Positions 38,706 through 53,559 of a DNA stretch of 64,000 bases are shown here, one piece after another. The stretch comes from Antedon mediterranea. Lineage: Eukaryota > Animalia > Echinodermata. Where the stretch lies: NCBI RefSeq assembly GCF_964355755.1, contig NC_092676.1, positions 26,430,871 to 26,494,870 of the forward strand. The letters are read 5' to 3'. Both the position numbers and the translations under genes were made by a program. Position 1 is the first letter of the stretch, and every line of letters starts with the position of its first letter. A model generated the notes under the pieces. It saw nothing but the letters and a program-made list of their open reading frames with translations. It did no database searches and was not told the DNA's origin.

Positions 38706-39167
38706 GTATGACAATATAAAATAGCCATTAAATGCACAAGATCGCAAAAATAAAATCAGTCTTTCTCGTTCAGACAGCAGTAAATAACACTGATTTACTG
38801 TTTTATGGCAGTTGTTCGTTACTTATGTACATACAAACACATACGGTAATGTATTTTAAACATGCCTTTAGAGAACAGCCTTTACAAAATGTACAATCAA
38901 TTTTATTGAGAGAAATAAAAAAAGACGATAAACTAAGACAATCATAGACTTACTGACAGATATATTATTGCTAAAACAAATAACAAATAAATTCAAAAGA
39001 ACAGCTGATAAGAACAACTGAAACGAAAAAAAAAGATAAAATGTTCACACAAATGCATTGTAGACATACGATACGCATCAATACTTGTCCCATAATAATG
39101 ATTACCTATGGCTGGAAAAACAAGTGCTATCAATGTAATTGAAACAGTTTATTTCTCATCTCAATGA

Positions 39168-39350
39168 CAGTGGCGTAACTGGTTAAACACAGGGGCCCCA
39201 GAGCTTATGGGGGTGGGGGGCTTTGGCCAGGGAGTTGTACTCCCTGTAGCAGTGCCAGGCATTAAAATATGTCGAAAAGGCTAAAAACACTCGAGGCCTC
39301 CAACGTTGGAGGACCACTTAGGATTCCTAAACCAGAAGCCTCAGGCTACT
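39168..39350 (+). mobile_element. CAGTGGCGTAAC-TIR MITE, right end degraded
   Basis: cagtggcgtaac...ggggccccagagcttatggg...ttcctaaaccag. Confidence 0.65.
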
Positions 39351-39582
39351 CTACCAATGATGTAATTGTATTGGGACAGAGGTAAGCACATTCCATGTCT
39401 AATTTCAACAGCGCACCCACTATCCCTACCTAGGAAACATTTGCATACGATATACCTGAAAGAGATCCATTCTTTCGGCACTCCTTGCCTTCTGGTGCTT
39501 TTGTAAACTTACTTTTGAATGGGATGAATTGGACTGGGCTATACCTTCTGACGTTTTGTGAGAATTTAGCTCTGAATGGGAT

Positions 39583-39766
39583 CAGTGGCGTAACGGCTAA
39601 AGCAAGGGGCCCCGGAGCTTATGGGCCCATGACTAGTGCCCAGAGTAAAAAAAAACAAGCATTAAATGATATGCGGAAAACGCCCGAAGCCTCCAGCGTT
39701 GGAACTTGGAGAGCCACTAGGTTTCCTAAACCAGGGGCCTCATGCCTCTGCGTTGGTACGCCACTG
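39583..39766 (+). mobile_element. CAGTGGCGTAAC-TIR MITE (hAT-like)
   Basis: CAGTGGCGTA...TACGCCACTG. Flanks aatgggat/aatgaaag may be a decayed 8-bp TSD. Confidence 0.75.
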
Positions 39767-40440
39767 AATGAAAGGGGACCTAAATCCACAGCACGTCTGG
39801 GTATTTAAAATCTAAGTATTACACCTATATCATAATTATAACAAACACATTACACAATCTAGTATCAGATAATCAATTTCAGTTACAAATAGTTATTAAA
39901 ATATAAAGAAGATGAATAGGGCGAATATTAAGCTAAAGATTGTAAACGTATAACACTATAACAACACCGTATTTAGTTTCTGATTTGATTATTATTGTTT
40001 GATAATTGTTTAGTTTAACGATGAGATATCAGTTCTCCATGGTTTCATTTCCATGTTTGGATTATGGTAGTGCGCGTGCGTGTAACGTCAGTCACACTTT
40101 CATGGGCAAGTCGTAGGCGGAAGGAATTTAACACATCGATACGAGTGCTAATCCCAATTGATCTTACGTACGTAAAGATGAGAATATTAATATCGCCTCA
40201 AACAAACAATTGTTGAAAGGCAATGATACCAAAGAATTTTACTCTTGGAATTTTACCCTGGTCATACTGTTGGTCAGTTAATTTTTAACCTTACAAATAC
40301 TTTACTAATGGTCAAGTAGTTATAAAATTATATCAACAAGATGTAAAATTATGTCGAGTGAAATGTCATCACAAAATGTACGCGCGAAAGTGTTTTCCCA
40401 CACTTCGCAGAATTTACCGCATTGTACGTCGTAAGTACAA

Positions 40441-40568
40441 AGCTTGGTTCACACTAGAAACGCAACGCAAGGAAGTAGACGCAACGCAAGTGAGTTGACC
40501 AATGACAAGCGACTGCGAATAATCCATTGCTTATGATTGGTCCTTGCGTACCTAGTGGGAACCAAGCT
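40441..40568. mobile_element. MITE family 2 copy
   Basis: agcttggttcacactag...ctagtgggaaccaagct|TAA, apparently nested in a related older element. Confidence 0.8.
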
Positions 40569-41602
40569 TAACGCAAGCGGGGTGATCCATAGCGCCGTGA
40601 TTGGTCGAATTAGTTGCGGTGCGCTTACGTATTTGCGTTACGTTCAGGGAACCCTGCAGCTTATAAAGCCGATTTTTCACTAGGCGAATTTGTTCGCGCA
40701 AATAAAAAGCGTCAGCTTATACCCATGCGTAGAGAGGGATTTGGAAGAAAGAAACATGAATACGCATACGTGTAAGCTGACATTACTATAACAATGCAAT
40801 AATGGGCCTCAGCTCCATTGAAACCCTCCTCGCGTACCATGTCCATCAACTCACTATTAACACAGACTGCCTAACCAAACAAGACCATGCTAAAGGTTGA
40901 CATGGTTCAAATGCGAAAAGATAGTAGTTACTGGAAACGTGACTAGTGGCACATTCTCACTTGTCATGATTGTCCATTCGACATTAATTATTACGATAAT
41001 GTCCTGAAATGTGTTGCCAGTACCGACCGACTATCAGACCAAAGAATTGTGAACATAAATTGAACGCGATGAAAACAAAATGCTTCCTTGCACTTTGACG
41101 CTGAACATTTGCAGCTCAAATTTATTATACGCTATATTTACAAAGGGCATAACTTTCACACTATACCGCCCAACATTTCGGGTTAAAATAAATATACGAT
41201 TGAGGTTCAAATTGTATATTAAGTGCAGATTTTGAACCATTTTCTGTAAACGTGTACATACCTAACAACCTATACAAGACCCTCGGACACCGCAATGGGT
41301 CTGGTTGTAGAAACTGCCGTCAATAACAACCAAATGCAAAATCCAGTTTGTTTGAATTGTACACTAAAAACGTAAAAACATCTTTAGATAATAAATAAGT
41401 TATAATGAGTTCATACGAGAAGGATTAAGGAGGTCCTTCAATGATACATCATTAATCCTGATAATGTCATAATTTTAGAGCGAAAGAAAGAGCTATATAA
41501 ACAAACATACAAAATCTTTTACCGAAAAGGGGCGATGTAAAAAATAGCAACATAAAATACTGTTTTCTACTATCTGTGTTCACTAGAGTTAAGCGTGCAT
41601 TA

Positions 41603-41754
41603 AGCCCTGTCTACACTATCAAACGTTATGTGATGTGCCCATATATGAACATGATGATGTCATATCACTACCATATTTGAGCATATCACTATACCATTAT
41701 TTGAGCACATCACATTTTGTTGTCAAACTAGTTCGATATAGTGTAGACAGAGCG
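41603..41754 (+). mobile_element. MITE family 1 copy with TTA TSD
   Basis: TTA|agccctgtctacac...gtgtagacagagcg|TTA. Confidence 0.82.
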
Positions 41755-43318
41755 TTATGATGGAGTTAAACTCCGATTCACATGCATTATGTTTTATTAA
41801 AGGTAGGCCTACATCCGATCATGGAAGTATAGAATATTTTCGTATATTTTATACCTCTATAATCCGATATGTAACTTTAACTCCCGATAGATGTCACTTT
41901 TGCTTTTTTTTATTTGATGTGAAATTGGGTAGTTTTCTGTACGCTAAAGATGCATAATTTACACGATTAACTATGTACGCCCTAGGCCTCACTCCTAGGC
42001 TAACGACGAAAACATGAACACACAATTGACGAGCCCTCCTGTTGGCGATATGACTTATTGCATCATCTCATTGCACTAGCACAACTGCGCTTTTTATCAA
42101 AATACCAACCATTTCGCGGCATTTTAAAACAACAAACGTTACAGAGAAAAATCACCTGGCCAGGTGTATCGGCAACCAGTTTATCTGCACAGGTAACTAC
42201 ATTACCCCCGTTTTAGCCCATTAACGAAGCGATGATGAGGGACATTAAGTAGGTGTTAAAAAGCAGAGTGAATTTCAAAACAATTTTGTCGGACGGTGAA
42301 CTCGCTGTCGTTGAGATGGGACGTATTGATGGACATCGTATGGTGTTGTATTTGTGCTAGTATTGAAGAAAATTGTTGTTTTCTTTAATTTAATTAAATT
42401 GCCAGTCTGAAGAAATGTTATTTGTTTACGTTGCAAATCTGATTTGTGTTGGGTCAGTCTATCAAGGCAATTTAACAACAGAATGCTAAGCTTCGGAGAT
42501 CAACGGGTTTATCTGTTGCTGCGACACGATCATTTCCACGTCCCTTAACAACAGACACCGGAGAATATGTGCATTACAGCCGTACGGCAGTTGTTATTTG
42601 TCGCAGCCAGACATAGGCCTAAGATTAAAGGACGGTCTATCCAGCAACTCCCTGGTCTGTCTCAAATGCTCGACTGCGCATGTCATTTGTAATAATGTTT
42701 TAGTACAAAGATAGAATGTGGAAACTAAATAGTGCATTTCATTTTCATTCACTTTAAGTCGGGTGGTTATTTATCTTAGCAGGCAGCAGGCAGGGTGCGT
42801 GGCGTTTATTTATTCAGTAAAATGTATTCAATTGTTTCCCTTCTGGCGTCCCATACCTCTGACAGTAAAGTCTAACAAATCGCGTTTAATTACTACAATA
42901 TTTGAAATCGTGTTTAATTCAAACACCGGGGATAACGACCTTGATTTTTCCGAATTGTCTGGGATAACTGTATAACATCAATGCGCATTACGGTGACGCA
43001 GTTGTAACGCAGTGAAAACGTATTAGTGACGCAGTCGGAGATGTGCGTTACTGAATGACGTAGCATATCACGTGCATAATGTGTACCATTGATACACTGA
43101 CGAGCAGTGTCTTGTATCATGGGGAGGCTTGTCCAATTATTGCCCTTCCAACTGGGAGTTTAATTCCAAAATAGATGGAATATCCTAAAATAAACTGGTC
43201 ATTCCCAACGCCGACAAAGGAACCATCTTTGTCGGTACGGATGTCGGGAGTGAGAAAATAGATAGGCCTACATTGAAGAGATATTGGATATATAGCTGAT
43301 AATAATATGCATTCAATG

Positions 43319-43495
43319 CAGTGGCATAACGTCTATGAGCGCTCACTGGCTAACCCAGGGGCCCCGGAGCTTATAGGGTCCCTGAGCAGTACCCAGCAGG
43401 CATTAAAATATGCCGAAAAAAGGCTAAAAACGCCCGAGGCTTCTACTCAGGGTTCCTAAACCAGGGGCCTCATGCCTCTCTGCGTTACGCCACTG
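43319..43495 (+). mobile_element. CAGTGGCGTAAC-TIR MITE (hAT-like)
   Basis: cagtggcataacg...cgttacgccactg. Body homologous to 39583-39766. Confidence 0.75.
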
Positions 43496-45917
43496 AATAA
43501 AGGTTTAAGCAAAGAATATATATCACAAGAATGAGTATTCCGCGATTTTTGCATGAGAAATTTGTAACAGAGAGCTCCAGAGAGTGATGCCCGCCCTCAT
43601 AAGGGCGGATGTATACATATTAAATAAGACTTGATTTAATAGATATTATACATGTCACATTAAATAGAATTATGATAATAGTTTTGCAATTGTAAACTAT
43701 TTTATAATACATATTTATTAACAAACTAGTGTACATTCACTTTTACAGACAATTATTTACTAACATGCTAAGTTAGTTCACAAAAAAGGCCTAACACAGC
43801 AACACCAAAAGTCAACGAATCGTTACTCAGCACGGCCTATTCTTTACCATTGCCCGTGTACTACTCTACGCCCGGTAAATTAAGTATTGTTTTTATGATA
43901 TAAATCAGTATAAAATACATGTTATTAATAGGAGAAAATGTTAAATGTCATTAACATTTATTTGTTTTACCAGAAACAAGTTAAATATAGGAATATTATT
44001 AAACTATCCTACGTGAAAACGCGTAAACACCAACACGCCCGGTCACGCTATTGTAGCGCCCGGTTGATAAAGCAAACTGTTTATACGGCAGTTTTTACTA
44101 AATAAATTGCATAAAGCGAACAATTAAATATCCAAATAGTATTTAACATGATGTTGGCATGTAGTTGATAACATTTTTTATCATGAAAATACTACCGGTG
44201 GTCCAGCCTTTGATTAGTGAAACCGTCACAAAAAGTTGTATACATCCCAGATACATCCACACTTATGGCGGCGCCCTACCACATGGACAATATTACTGTT
44301 ACAGGGAAAATCGCGGATTACTCATTCTTGTGATATATATTCTTTGGTTTAAGTCCTTGCTGATCTTATACAAAAGTCTGTAACGACACAAACCCGCGCG
44401 TTCAACTTGATGAAAATTGACCATACGGCCTTTGTACGCATGCGTGCCGAATGGTATTTTTTTTTAAAATTATGTTTCATCACCAAGGTAATGTTCGCAT
44501 TTATTCCAAATAAACATGGTTAATGAATGATTTATTGTTAGTAATCTCCAAAAATATCCTGAAGGGTCCAAGTTTGCGGTTGAACTCTACTTACAACTTA
44601 ATCCTATCAAGTGGATTAATGTAAATAGTCTTCAAACTTCACCTATTGACTTCGTTAATGAAGGTCTGTCCTCATTAAACGCGCAAACCAAAGAAAAACA
44701 GCTCTATATAAATAACGAAAAGCTATTTTAAAACGATATGATACGAAAATATATACAATGTTAATTGACTGATATGATAGTACGGAAATATATACAATGT
44801 CAATTGACGGTTATTTTCGTGTATATTCAACTTCTGTGACAGTGGAGGGGTTAATGAAATTGTATAGTATAAATAATAATACACATTTCTCTGCAGAGTG
44901 GCAATATGAATACTACGAAGAGTGCTATTTACGATGGTAGGCCTATTTTAAAACGGTATAAAGGCCTTATTGGAGGGTTTCGAGTATAGGGCTTGATATT
45001 TGTATTTATGGGGAGGTTTTCTCTCTCTTAACATTTTGGAGACATGACTTTTTCTAACGAAAATGACGTCAGAAATTGGGTACATTTCATAATGATGGTC
45101 GTCAGCCTTATAACAAAACAAATTATCTAAAATGAAAAGGTCAAATTCGTTTTTTAAAAAAATCTTCAAATTTTCCATCGAACTTTATTATCGCGACTGG
45201 AATTGAAGACTATAATTATCCTTTATGTTCGAAGAAAAAACTCACCAAAAAAAAAATTAATAAAAATATTTGGACTGGGCCTAATGTGCACTAAAAATGT
45301 AAATAAATTGTACCGTTTTTGTCTAGGGCTTCCAACATTTACAGATATACAAATATCATGTATAAAGTAGGCCTACAGTGTTTATTCCTGTACATATCCT
45401 TTAATTAATATCAGGCCGATGATTTAAAGTGTCTCGTATACACAACTCTCTAACACCTGGCTAAAAATAGCATCTGTATAATAAACCAATATCTTGTTTT
45501 AGTGTTGTGTTACTTGTAACTCAATGGCCTGTCATCCACTTATGTAAATATACATGTACATATTTTGCGTAACCTAACAAGATTTAGGACTTTTGAAAAA
45601 CAATATACATAGAAACGAGATGTATATGCTGAATTAATTGTACTATAACTAGGGCATGTTTTTGCTTAACATATGTATACGGATTTAAGATCTCGAAATA
45701 AACCTTGTCGAACTTATAAATATCATTTCACAAAGGTAATGTAATACAGTAACGAATTGAGTGTAAACCAAAGATTACGAATTTATGCAAATTTGAACAA
45801 CCTTATCTATCGTGATACACTAGTGTTATCACGTCGATTACCGGATAAGGGGAACTGCTGCCATGACTAAAAAAAACAGTATTGTCAAGTGATATTTTGC
45901 CAAAGTAGCGACGCTTA

Positions 45918-46103
45918 CGGGGCGCCGTTCGGGACATTAATTATGTTATTATAATAAAATTATGTGACATAGAAATGATTCTATTCGGACATACACAATT
46001 ATTTACAGATATATAAATGTAACTCCTCATATATACAATTGTTGAGGTAAAAACATAAATGTATTATGTTGCAAACATTAGCAATGCTCCGAACGGCGCC
46101 CCG
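45918..46103. mobile_element. TA-flanked MITE with TIR CGGGGCGCCGTTCGG (mariner-like); solo end at ~26779-26800
   Basis: TA|cggggcgccgttcgg ... ccgaacggcgccccg|TA. Confidence 0.7.
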
Positions 46104-48188
46104 TAATAATGGTAACGTTACCCCAGTGACACTTGTGCAATAAACTGAACCGTAACATGATGAATGTACACCACGTGACAAGTGACAGTACGTTAACATA
46201 ACCACACAAGCACCGCCGCCTATAGATATACCACAACTATACCTTGGTGCAACATCTGCTAACATACACAAACATTAAACATTATGGGAAGATTTTCTCA
46301 TAACATTAGCAGCTCAAATAACAACGCATGTGGTAATCAAAATAAAAACATTCATCTGATATGCTTGTAGCTTCCTCACTTTCATTATTTCGATACGAGT
46401 ACGTTACTAGGGTTTAAAATATACAATTGATTTCAGGGTTTTCTCGGCCTCGTTTGGAGTGGCTTATACTAAACGTTAAAGATTTCAATGTAAAGGCTTC
46501 TGTGTAGAAAAAAGCAAATTGTTGAAAAATATTCAAATAACCTGTCCTGATTGCCTATCTATTCATATGGGAATGGCATCTCGATTTACACAGTAGTAAA
46601 AGTACCAACCCCTTTTGCAGTTAAGGGGGGAAATGGAAAAATCAGCACTGTGGTCATGTTAATACTACAATAGTTGTCAAAACATAGATTATCTGATAAA
46701 ACTTCTAGAAAGTAGAAAGCCTTTTGCCATTTTCCCCTGACTGTTTGATGGTAAATGATAACCTTTTTAACTCAGGCAGAGCAGAATGAATGGCTTTAAA
46801 TGCGCCGACTATATAGTATAGTTTGTAAAATCATGTTGGGTTTTTTTTCACGATTGGAATCACATATCTTAACTTCCACCACAAAACCCATGTTATACGA
46901 CATATACTGTAGTAGGAAACCGATAGGAAATAATCAAAGATGCTTTACTCACCGTAAATTCCTGCACCTGTCGTCGTCTTTTGAAGTATAGTAGCGATGT
47001 TATTAATTACTGAAAAACTTCCGCAATTGCTGCCTTTTTGTCGTCTGATGCTGTTCCTGCTGTCAGTTGCAGGCGGTAAGTGAAGCCCAACAAACCGCTT
47101 CTGACATTAACCTTGTACCTTATCCTATCAAATTGCCCGGTGACCTTAACATTTCTGCGCACGATCAGTGAGTTTAATACGTAATACTATACTGGACTGC
47201 TTGCCAAATACCCTGTGATAATGATGAGAAAATATGATAATGACGTAGATAATTGTGATGTCATCTATATAATTTGTGATAATGATTGATTAGACAATAT
47301 GATAATGACGTAAGATGATTTTGATGTCATCTATGATTGATAATTACCATTGATGAGTTCAGGAGAAAATTATCGTTAAAAACAATTTCTATTAATAATA
47401 ATAATATAAATCAAAGCCGGGTCACCTAAAATCGGGCCAATTTATATCTAGGCCTAGTAGGCCCCTACTCTACTGAGTAACTCAACAAAAAATATCCTAA
47501 AAGTGTACTTTATCACATAAATGATAGGCCAATATATAATAAATGAAGATATAATAAATAAATAAATAATATGGTAAACATTTTTGGAAAAATAATTTAA
47601 AGCGAAATAGAATACCCGTTGGCTTTAATTGTAACAAAACAAAAGCCAAATCACCTTAAAAATATTACGTTAATTAGGCCTAAGGCTACTGAAGTAATAA
47701 TACTTCTATTTAACGAATAAGAATAAAAGTGAAAGAAACTAGCAATATATTTATCTTTTATTGAGATTGGTATCAAGTTGTCTCTTCAATTATCGCTACG
47801 ATCACCCGCGGCGGTTGCCGTAGCGATTGCAACATGTCGTAGTTAGGAAATTTACAACAGTGAACGTCTTCAGTATCTTCTTTGTACAGCTGAGTCGCAC
47901 TTCTTTAACCTTGATATATGACTTGACCTTGTGTTTTCGAAGAAACATTGACAACGATTTTATCAATCGCAGTTACGATGATTATTAATACAGTTTTGAT
48001 ACTTAGGATCACGTAGGCCGACTATACTAACGGCTTCAAAACACCGCATTGCAAAACACGATCGTTTTTGGATTAAAAATAAATGGAGCGATTGAATGAA
48101 ATTGGCATAATACGTAGGCCTACTTTGCTAGATGACGCAACGCGAACGAACTCCGTACTGGCCGAGAAAAACGCATCGCACTTCCTAA

Positions 48189-48275
48189 AGCTCGGTCTAC
48201 ACTATCAAACTTTATGCACAAAAAATGATTGATGTGCCCATATATAGAAACGATGACGTCATATCACTACCATAT
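48189..48275 (+). mobile_element. MITE family 1, truncated
   Basis: agctcggtctacactatcaaactttatg...catatcactaccatatt. Confidence 0.75.
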
Positions 48276-49969
48276 TTTTAAGCGAAAAGCTTGTCTACCA
48301 CTTCGAACCATGAGGTAGCCTACAAGCGCAACTAAGTAAGACGCATCGCAGTCGCGTGCAACAAATCACCCACCGTAGACGATTAATTAGCGCAGCATTC
48401 ATTCTTGTAAGATTACCTCAACACACAGCTCCTATTGAATTATGCTAATTAATTAAAAACGCAAACGAAAAAACGCGGCATTGAATGACCAGTAGGCCTA
48501 AATAATAAGTTCTAAATTGACTCATCTGAATCAGGTGTCTGTTGAAATTAATGATTTCCTCAATCGATTAATATAATAAAAAATAGTGTAGTAAATTAGT
48601 ATTACATGCTACTTGGCTATTATAATACTATTTTTCAAGTACTTAGGGCGAAAAGGTTGCTATTAAACTATCGAGTAGTTTACTGGTAAGACGTCCTCAC
48701 AATCTTCTAATCTCAAAATCAGATTATCATCACAAACGTCATCCGCAACGTCACTTACGTCTGTCATAATTGTAACGACCCTGTAACTTTAACATAATTA
48801 TACAATTGACGTTTTGTATTAGTAACAGCACAGGCGTCTCCACGGCACATCGTGCGCGTATGTGTTGGCCACAGGAACCAATTGATAATTTTTAACCTTT
48901 GACTTGAAGGAAAAATTGTTGCGTTGTGATTGGGCACTTGGTTGCTCGGTAATGTCTGATCATGAGCACTTTTAAACCAATTACAGACTAACTTCACGTT
49001 AATGAAGTCTTTTGGCCACTAAGTACTGTGCATTATAACACATAGTAGTATGTTGCTATTCACGTTCTAGTGTATTGTATTACTAAATTGTACATGATGT
49101 ATTAATTCTTATCTATAAAATGTAAAGGTTTCCTATGAAATTAATGTATCTATCAACGACATTCAAGGCCCTGTAATTGATTTGATTTAAATGTATGTTA
49201 CATCAATGCCTTGCAATACAAGGTTTTCAAAGCACTTAATTATATGAAATTACAAAAACATGATAGTGGGCATAACAACATACTGTACAAACATTCGAGT
49301 CACGATTTTTGCACTGTACGTACATGTGATACGTTAGAACACCTCCGCTGGGACACCGTAATATTTCCGTGAAGCAAATGAGGGGAAATATATGTTTTAA
49401 CACTAAGGCCAATATCTATTCAGAGAACACTCATTTTAACACTAACTATTCAGGGGACACTCCTATTAAGGAGTTGTTGGGTCCCAAAGGTGTCCTCTTA
49501 ATAGGGATTCATGTAGGTTAATGTGCATATCTGGCTTCAACTAATGTTGCTAATACTTGCAACGAAATCGTCTGCCAAGTAGCAGTATCCAAATTTAGCT
49601 TTAATGGTTTTAAATGTTATTCTAGTAATGTTAACGGATTGGAAAGATAAACAAAATGTTTAAGAAGAAATTTACAACATCGTAAGACACCAATTAGAAT
49701 CTGTTCATATAAACTTCTTCTTGTTATTGCTGTTAACAGCCTATAAAAAACTAGCACACATCATAACAAGTTATTTATATACCTGGCTCTTGTATTCATA
49801 ACTCGCAAAGCAAGAAGTGTGTTATGTAATAAATATCAGTCATGTATTATGTAACAGTGTGTTTGTGCGGAAAGTGATCAACTATCCAACGTATGCGCAT
49901 GGTCACAATTTAAATTGCTTTCCGCATTCGAAGAAAATGAACCGTCCCTCAGAAAACCTAATACAATGA

Positions 49970-50105
49970 TCATGTCTTTCCGACCATGTCTCTGCGAACA
50001 TGTCGCTGCAAACATGTCGCTGCAAACATGTCTCTGCGATCATGTCTCTGCGATCATGTCGCTGCGATCATGTCTCTGCGATCATGTCACTGCGAACATG
50101 TCTCT
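49970..50105. repeat. 14-bp minisatellite (catgtctctgcgat) x ~10
   Basis: Direct tandem copies. Confidence 0.9.
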
Positions 50106-50624
50106 TTGATAGTATACAATATAGTGTTCTTTTGAAATGTTTCCTTCCTTGACAATTTTGAAAAAACATACGGTAGATCAATCTTGTATCTTACAAATAG
50201 TTATCTAACCAGATCACTATTAAAATTACCTAGCCAATTCACACAGGTCAAATAGTGACCTAGACAATTCACACAGGTCAAATAGTGACCTAGCCAATTC
50301 ACAAATCTCTCATAATGTATGTTTATGTGTCTGTGAGCTGTAAAATGCTAAATGCTATGATTCACCTTGGATCAAGAACTCATAAATCAATACAAATGTC
50401 AAAAATACATAAATTATTATTTAATTTTCTAAATAATATTTTATGTACAGTTGCAGGGATGGTGATACACACCAAAAATGTGAAATATATAAATAAAGGT
50501 CATAGTTATTTACCATACATAAGTTTGATTATATAATTTTGTTGCGGACAATGGTATATATTGGCATCTTCTGTTACTATATCACAAACTTCTTAGGAAT
50601 AGGTGTGGCTATGTACAGTAGTCA

Positions 50625-52425
50625 TTAGGTGTCACTAGGTGTAGTCTCTGGGGTGCAGCTTTTGTCCACTGGGTCAGTATTTTCAAGTTCGAGTATAAAA
50701 TCATACTCAGCTAGGGATGAAAAGAAATAAAAATAATTCAGTCACTTTGTCTGTAAAATATCATGGGTCAGGGTTCAAAGGTCAGAAAAATAATTGAACT
50801 TGACAAAATATTCTTTTTTGTTGATTTATAGAGTATTAAGTGCTATTTTATCAACGATTAAAAATAATAAACAAATGTTGGATAAAACCCTACATACCTT
50901 CTGTTAGTGGCATTACTGAGAGCCTAGCTTTTGTGAATAATGATACGTTAGCAAGAGGGCCTCCTTCAGTTTTGTGTTTCAAATGTATTGTTTTCAGTTC
51001 TGGTAGAGATATGAAACGCTTCGTCATACGAACAAACTTCACATCTACCATGAACCATTTAGGCTTATCGACCTTTGAAGAACTTAAAAAGAAAATAACA
51101 TAAAGTCAGTAATAAAAAGAGGATTCTAATCGCTTTAGGTTTCAATATTTCCTTTTAAAATTTAAATTACACTGTAGCTTGTTGGTTGCTCAATATTGTA
51201 ATTTATATATGTTACTTCGAAGTGTACTAAAAGAAAAACGATAAAATAATTACCTATCAAAATGAAGTTCTTTCTTATCAAACTGGGTGTGGTCAGCATA
51301 GCCCTCTTTGACAATCTGTCATGGGAAAAATTATAGGTCAGGTCATTGATAGGTCATGTCATTTCAGAGATAGGTTAGATAAATGGAGATACCATAGTCC
51401 ATACTGTATTATAAGGAGTACACTTCTGAATTGAAAAGGAGAAACACAGTGGTCTATGAGTACAACCATGGAGAATTTTTCTATTAAGAATAATTCCCAA
51501 TATTTCCAAACAATATTTACCTCAATTATTCCTGCAATTCCAGGCACTTTACAGTTGCTGTGATAGAAGAACGCTTTGTGCCCTTTCTTCATTTTATCTC
51601 TCATGAAATTGCGTGCCTGATAGTTTCTTACGCCATCCCAGCATGCAGTCTGATTTGTTTCTTTTTTAAGGTCCTCAATACCAAACTAAAATAACAGAAA
51701 AACATAAATTAGAAAACAGCGGTAAAAAAAAATCAATGAAAAATCGATAAACTTTCAAACAAGGATTGTTGAACCTTGACATCAATTCCATTCTCTATCC
51801 TAGAGTCTGGCTCAGACTTCATCAGCCATCTTGTGTAGGTTGAGTTTTCTTCTTTCTTTTCTGCGACTTTTGATTTCTTTGCAGCACTTTCTCCTGCTTC
51901 TGGAGAACCGTTGACTTCTTTTTTGGCTTTTGATTTCCTGGCTGCGAAATACAAGGAAAAAAGAAATATTAAGTATACAATACAGGTAACAACAGTACGA
52001 GTTTTCTGCATCAACACTAATAAAATGATTTTATATTAACTTAATTAATTATAAATTGACATTACCTCTCTTGATACAGTATCAAGGCTATTAAATAGAT
52101 CTCATGCAATTAATAATAGGCCTATATGTGAGTAATGTTTTATACAAATTTTAAAAAATAGGTGATGAGGATGGTGTAGGTCTAGGCCAACAAAAGCCCA
52201 CGTGTACGACAGGGAGGAAAGACTTGCTTCTTGTTCCATCCATCATGCCCTATGCATGGAGGTATACCTCCATGCCCTATCTAGTATGTCATGGGATGGC
52301 TGAGCCTAGCCTCTAGGCCTAAGCCTATGTAACATAGTCACCACAAAAACCCGCATTTAGTTCAGAAGTCATATTGAATACTCCCTAATACTACAGTACT
52401 AACCTGTTTTTCTATCACGAGCCAT
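50625..52425 (-). CDS. THYN1: Thymocyte nuclear protein 1 (EVE domain)
   Basis: Exons 52425-52404, 51941-51775, 51685-51521, 51315-51254, 51082-50898, 50710-50625. WLMKSEPDSR, WDGVRNYQARNFMR, FFYHSNCKVPGIAG, DHTQFD, PKWFMVDVKF, RLSVMP. Confidence 0.93.
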
Positions 52426-53305
52426 TATATTTTTTTACTGTATGTTTAAAAACTTTACAAGCAGAGAGTCGGAGAGATTGAACGTTCGCGCGACTTGGAT
52501 AAAAACTTAGATTGGTCTCATTTTTCATATAGAGGGCAGCATGTTGTATCGTGTGTTCATATATTTTAATAAGACTTCTTGTTAGTTGTTACAATGTTTA
52601 TTACTTACGTAATCGCTATTATACCGGTGATTATTTTACTAAAAAATTATATTTAAAAATTCGGAATTTGCGTATAAATGTATATGATTTTACAAAATAA
52701 TAACTTTATAAACTTATTGTAAACAGAAATAAAATAAAGCACATTTTATTAGATGATAAAAAAACATTAATGCTAAATTAGAATTTTAGATATTTCTCTG
52801 TCTAAATGAAATTATTCATTACTATTTGGAATATATTATTGGCCACCCTGCAACTAACGCTCACTTAATTTAAAGATACCAGCATATTATCAATATATTT
52901 GTTAATTTCATTATATATTGTTCACTATAGTGACCACATACCTTTTTATAAATAACACAAAAATCCCTGAACAAATCTGTTTATATTAGTTAATCCAAAT
53001 ATCCTTACACTTAATATATAAATAATTAAGTATTTATATAATATTAATGAATTATTATTATTATTTATTCCTATATTAATAAAATTGTTAATGTATTACC
53101 CATGGAGGTATACAAAATGTATAACTTCCATCGTATTACCTGTTACTATAGTGCAGAATGAAAAAAAAAAGTGTGAGAAATACACGTTATTTTTACAAAG
53201 CATTTTTGAATACAGTAGACACTTATCATGCCATTTCCAGATGTTCTGAATGTTTAAAATGTACACAGAAAAAAACATCATGGGCAGGGTGTGATCTCAC
53301 CATAA

Positions 53306-53436
53306 AGCTCTGTCTACACTATCAAACTTTATGTGACAAAAAAAAATGTGATGTGCCCATAAATGGACATGATGATATCATATCAGTACCATATTTTGGC
53401 ACATCACACTTGTTTTGTCAATCTAGTTTGATAGTT
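53306..53436 (+). mobile_element. MITE family 1 copy in the TMEM41B 3' region
   Basis: TAA|agctctgtctacactatcaaact...ctagtttgatagt. Confidence 0.82.
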
Positions 53437-53559
53437 TAGTTTGCCTCGTTAGACAAATTCACAATTCAATTCACTAAATACACCACCCAATCATTCTATT
53501 TTTAATCAAATATTAAAGTTTGGTCTTTTAATATTGTTTATGTATTTTGTTTCATATGT

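Noticed and set aside
47100-47940. Nuclear-receptor half-sites (TGACCT) as estrogen-response elements for RERG
   Set aside because: Only isolated half-sites at about chance frequency, with no full palindromic ERE seen.
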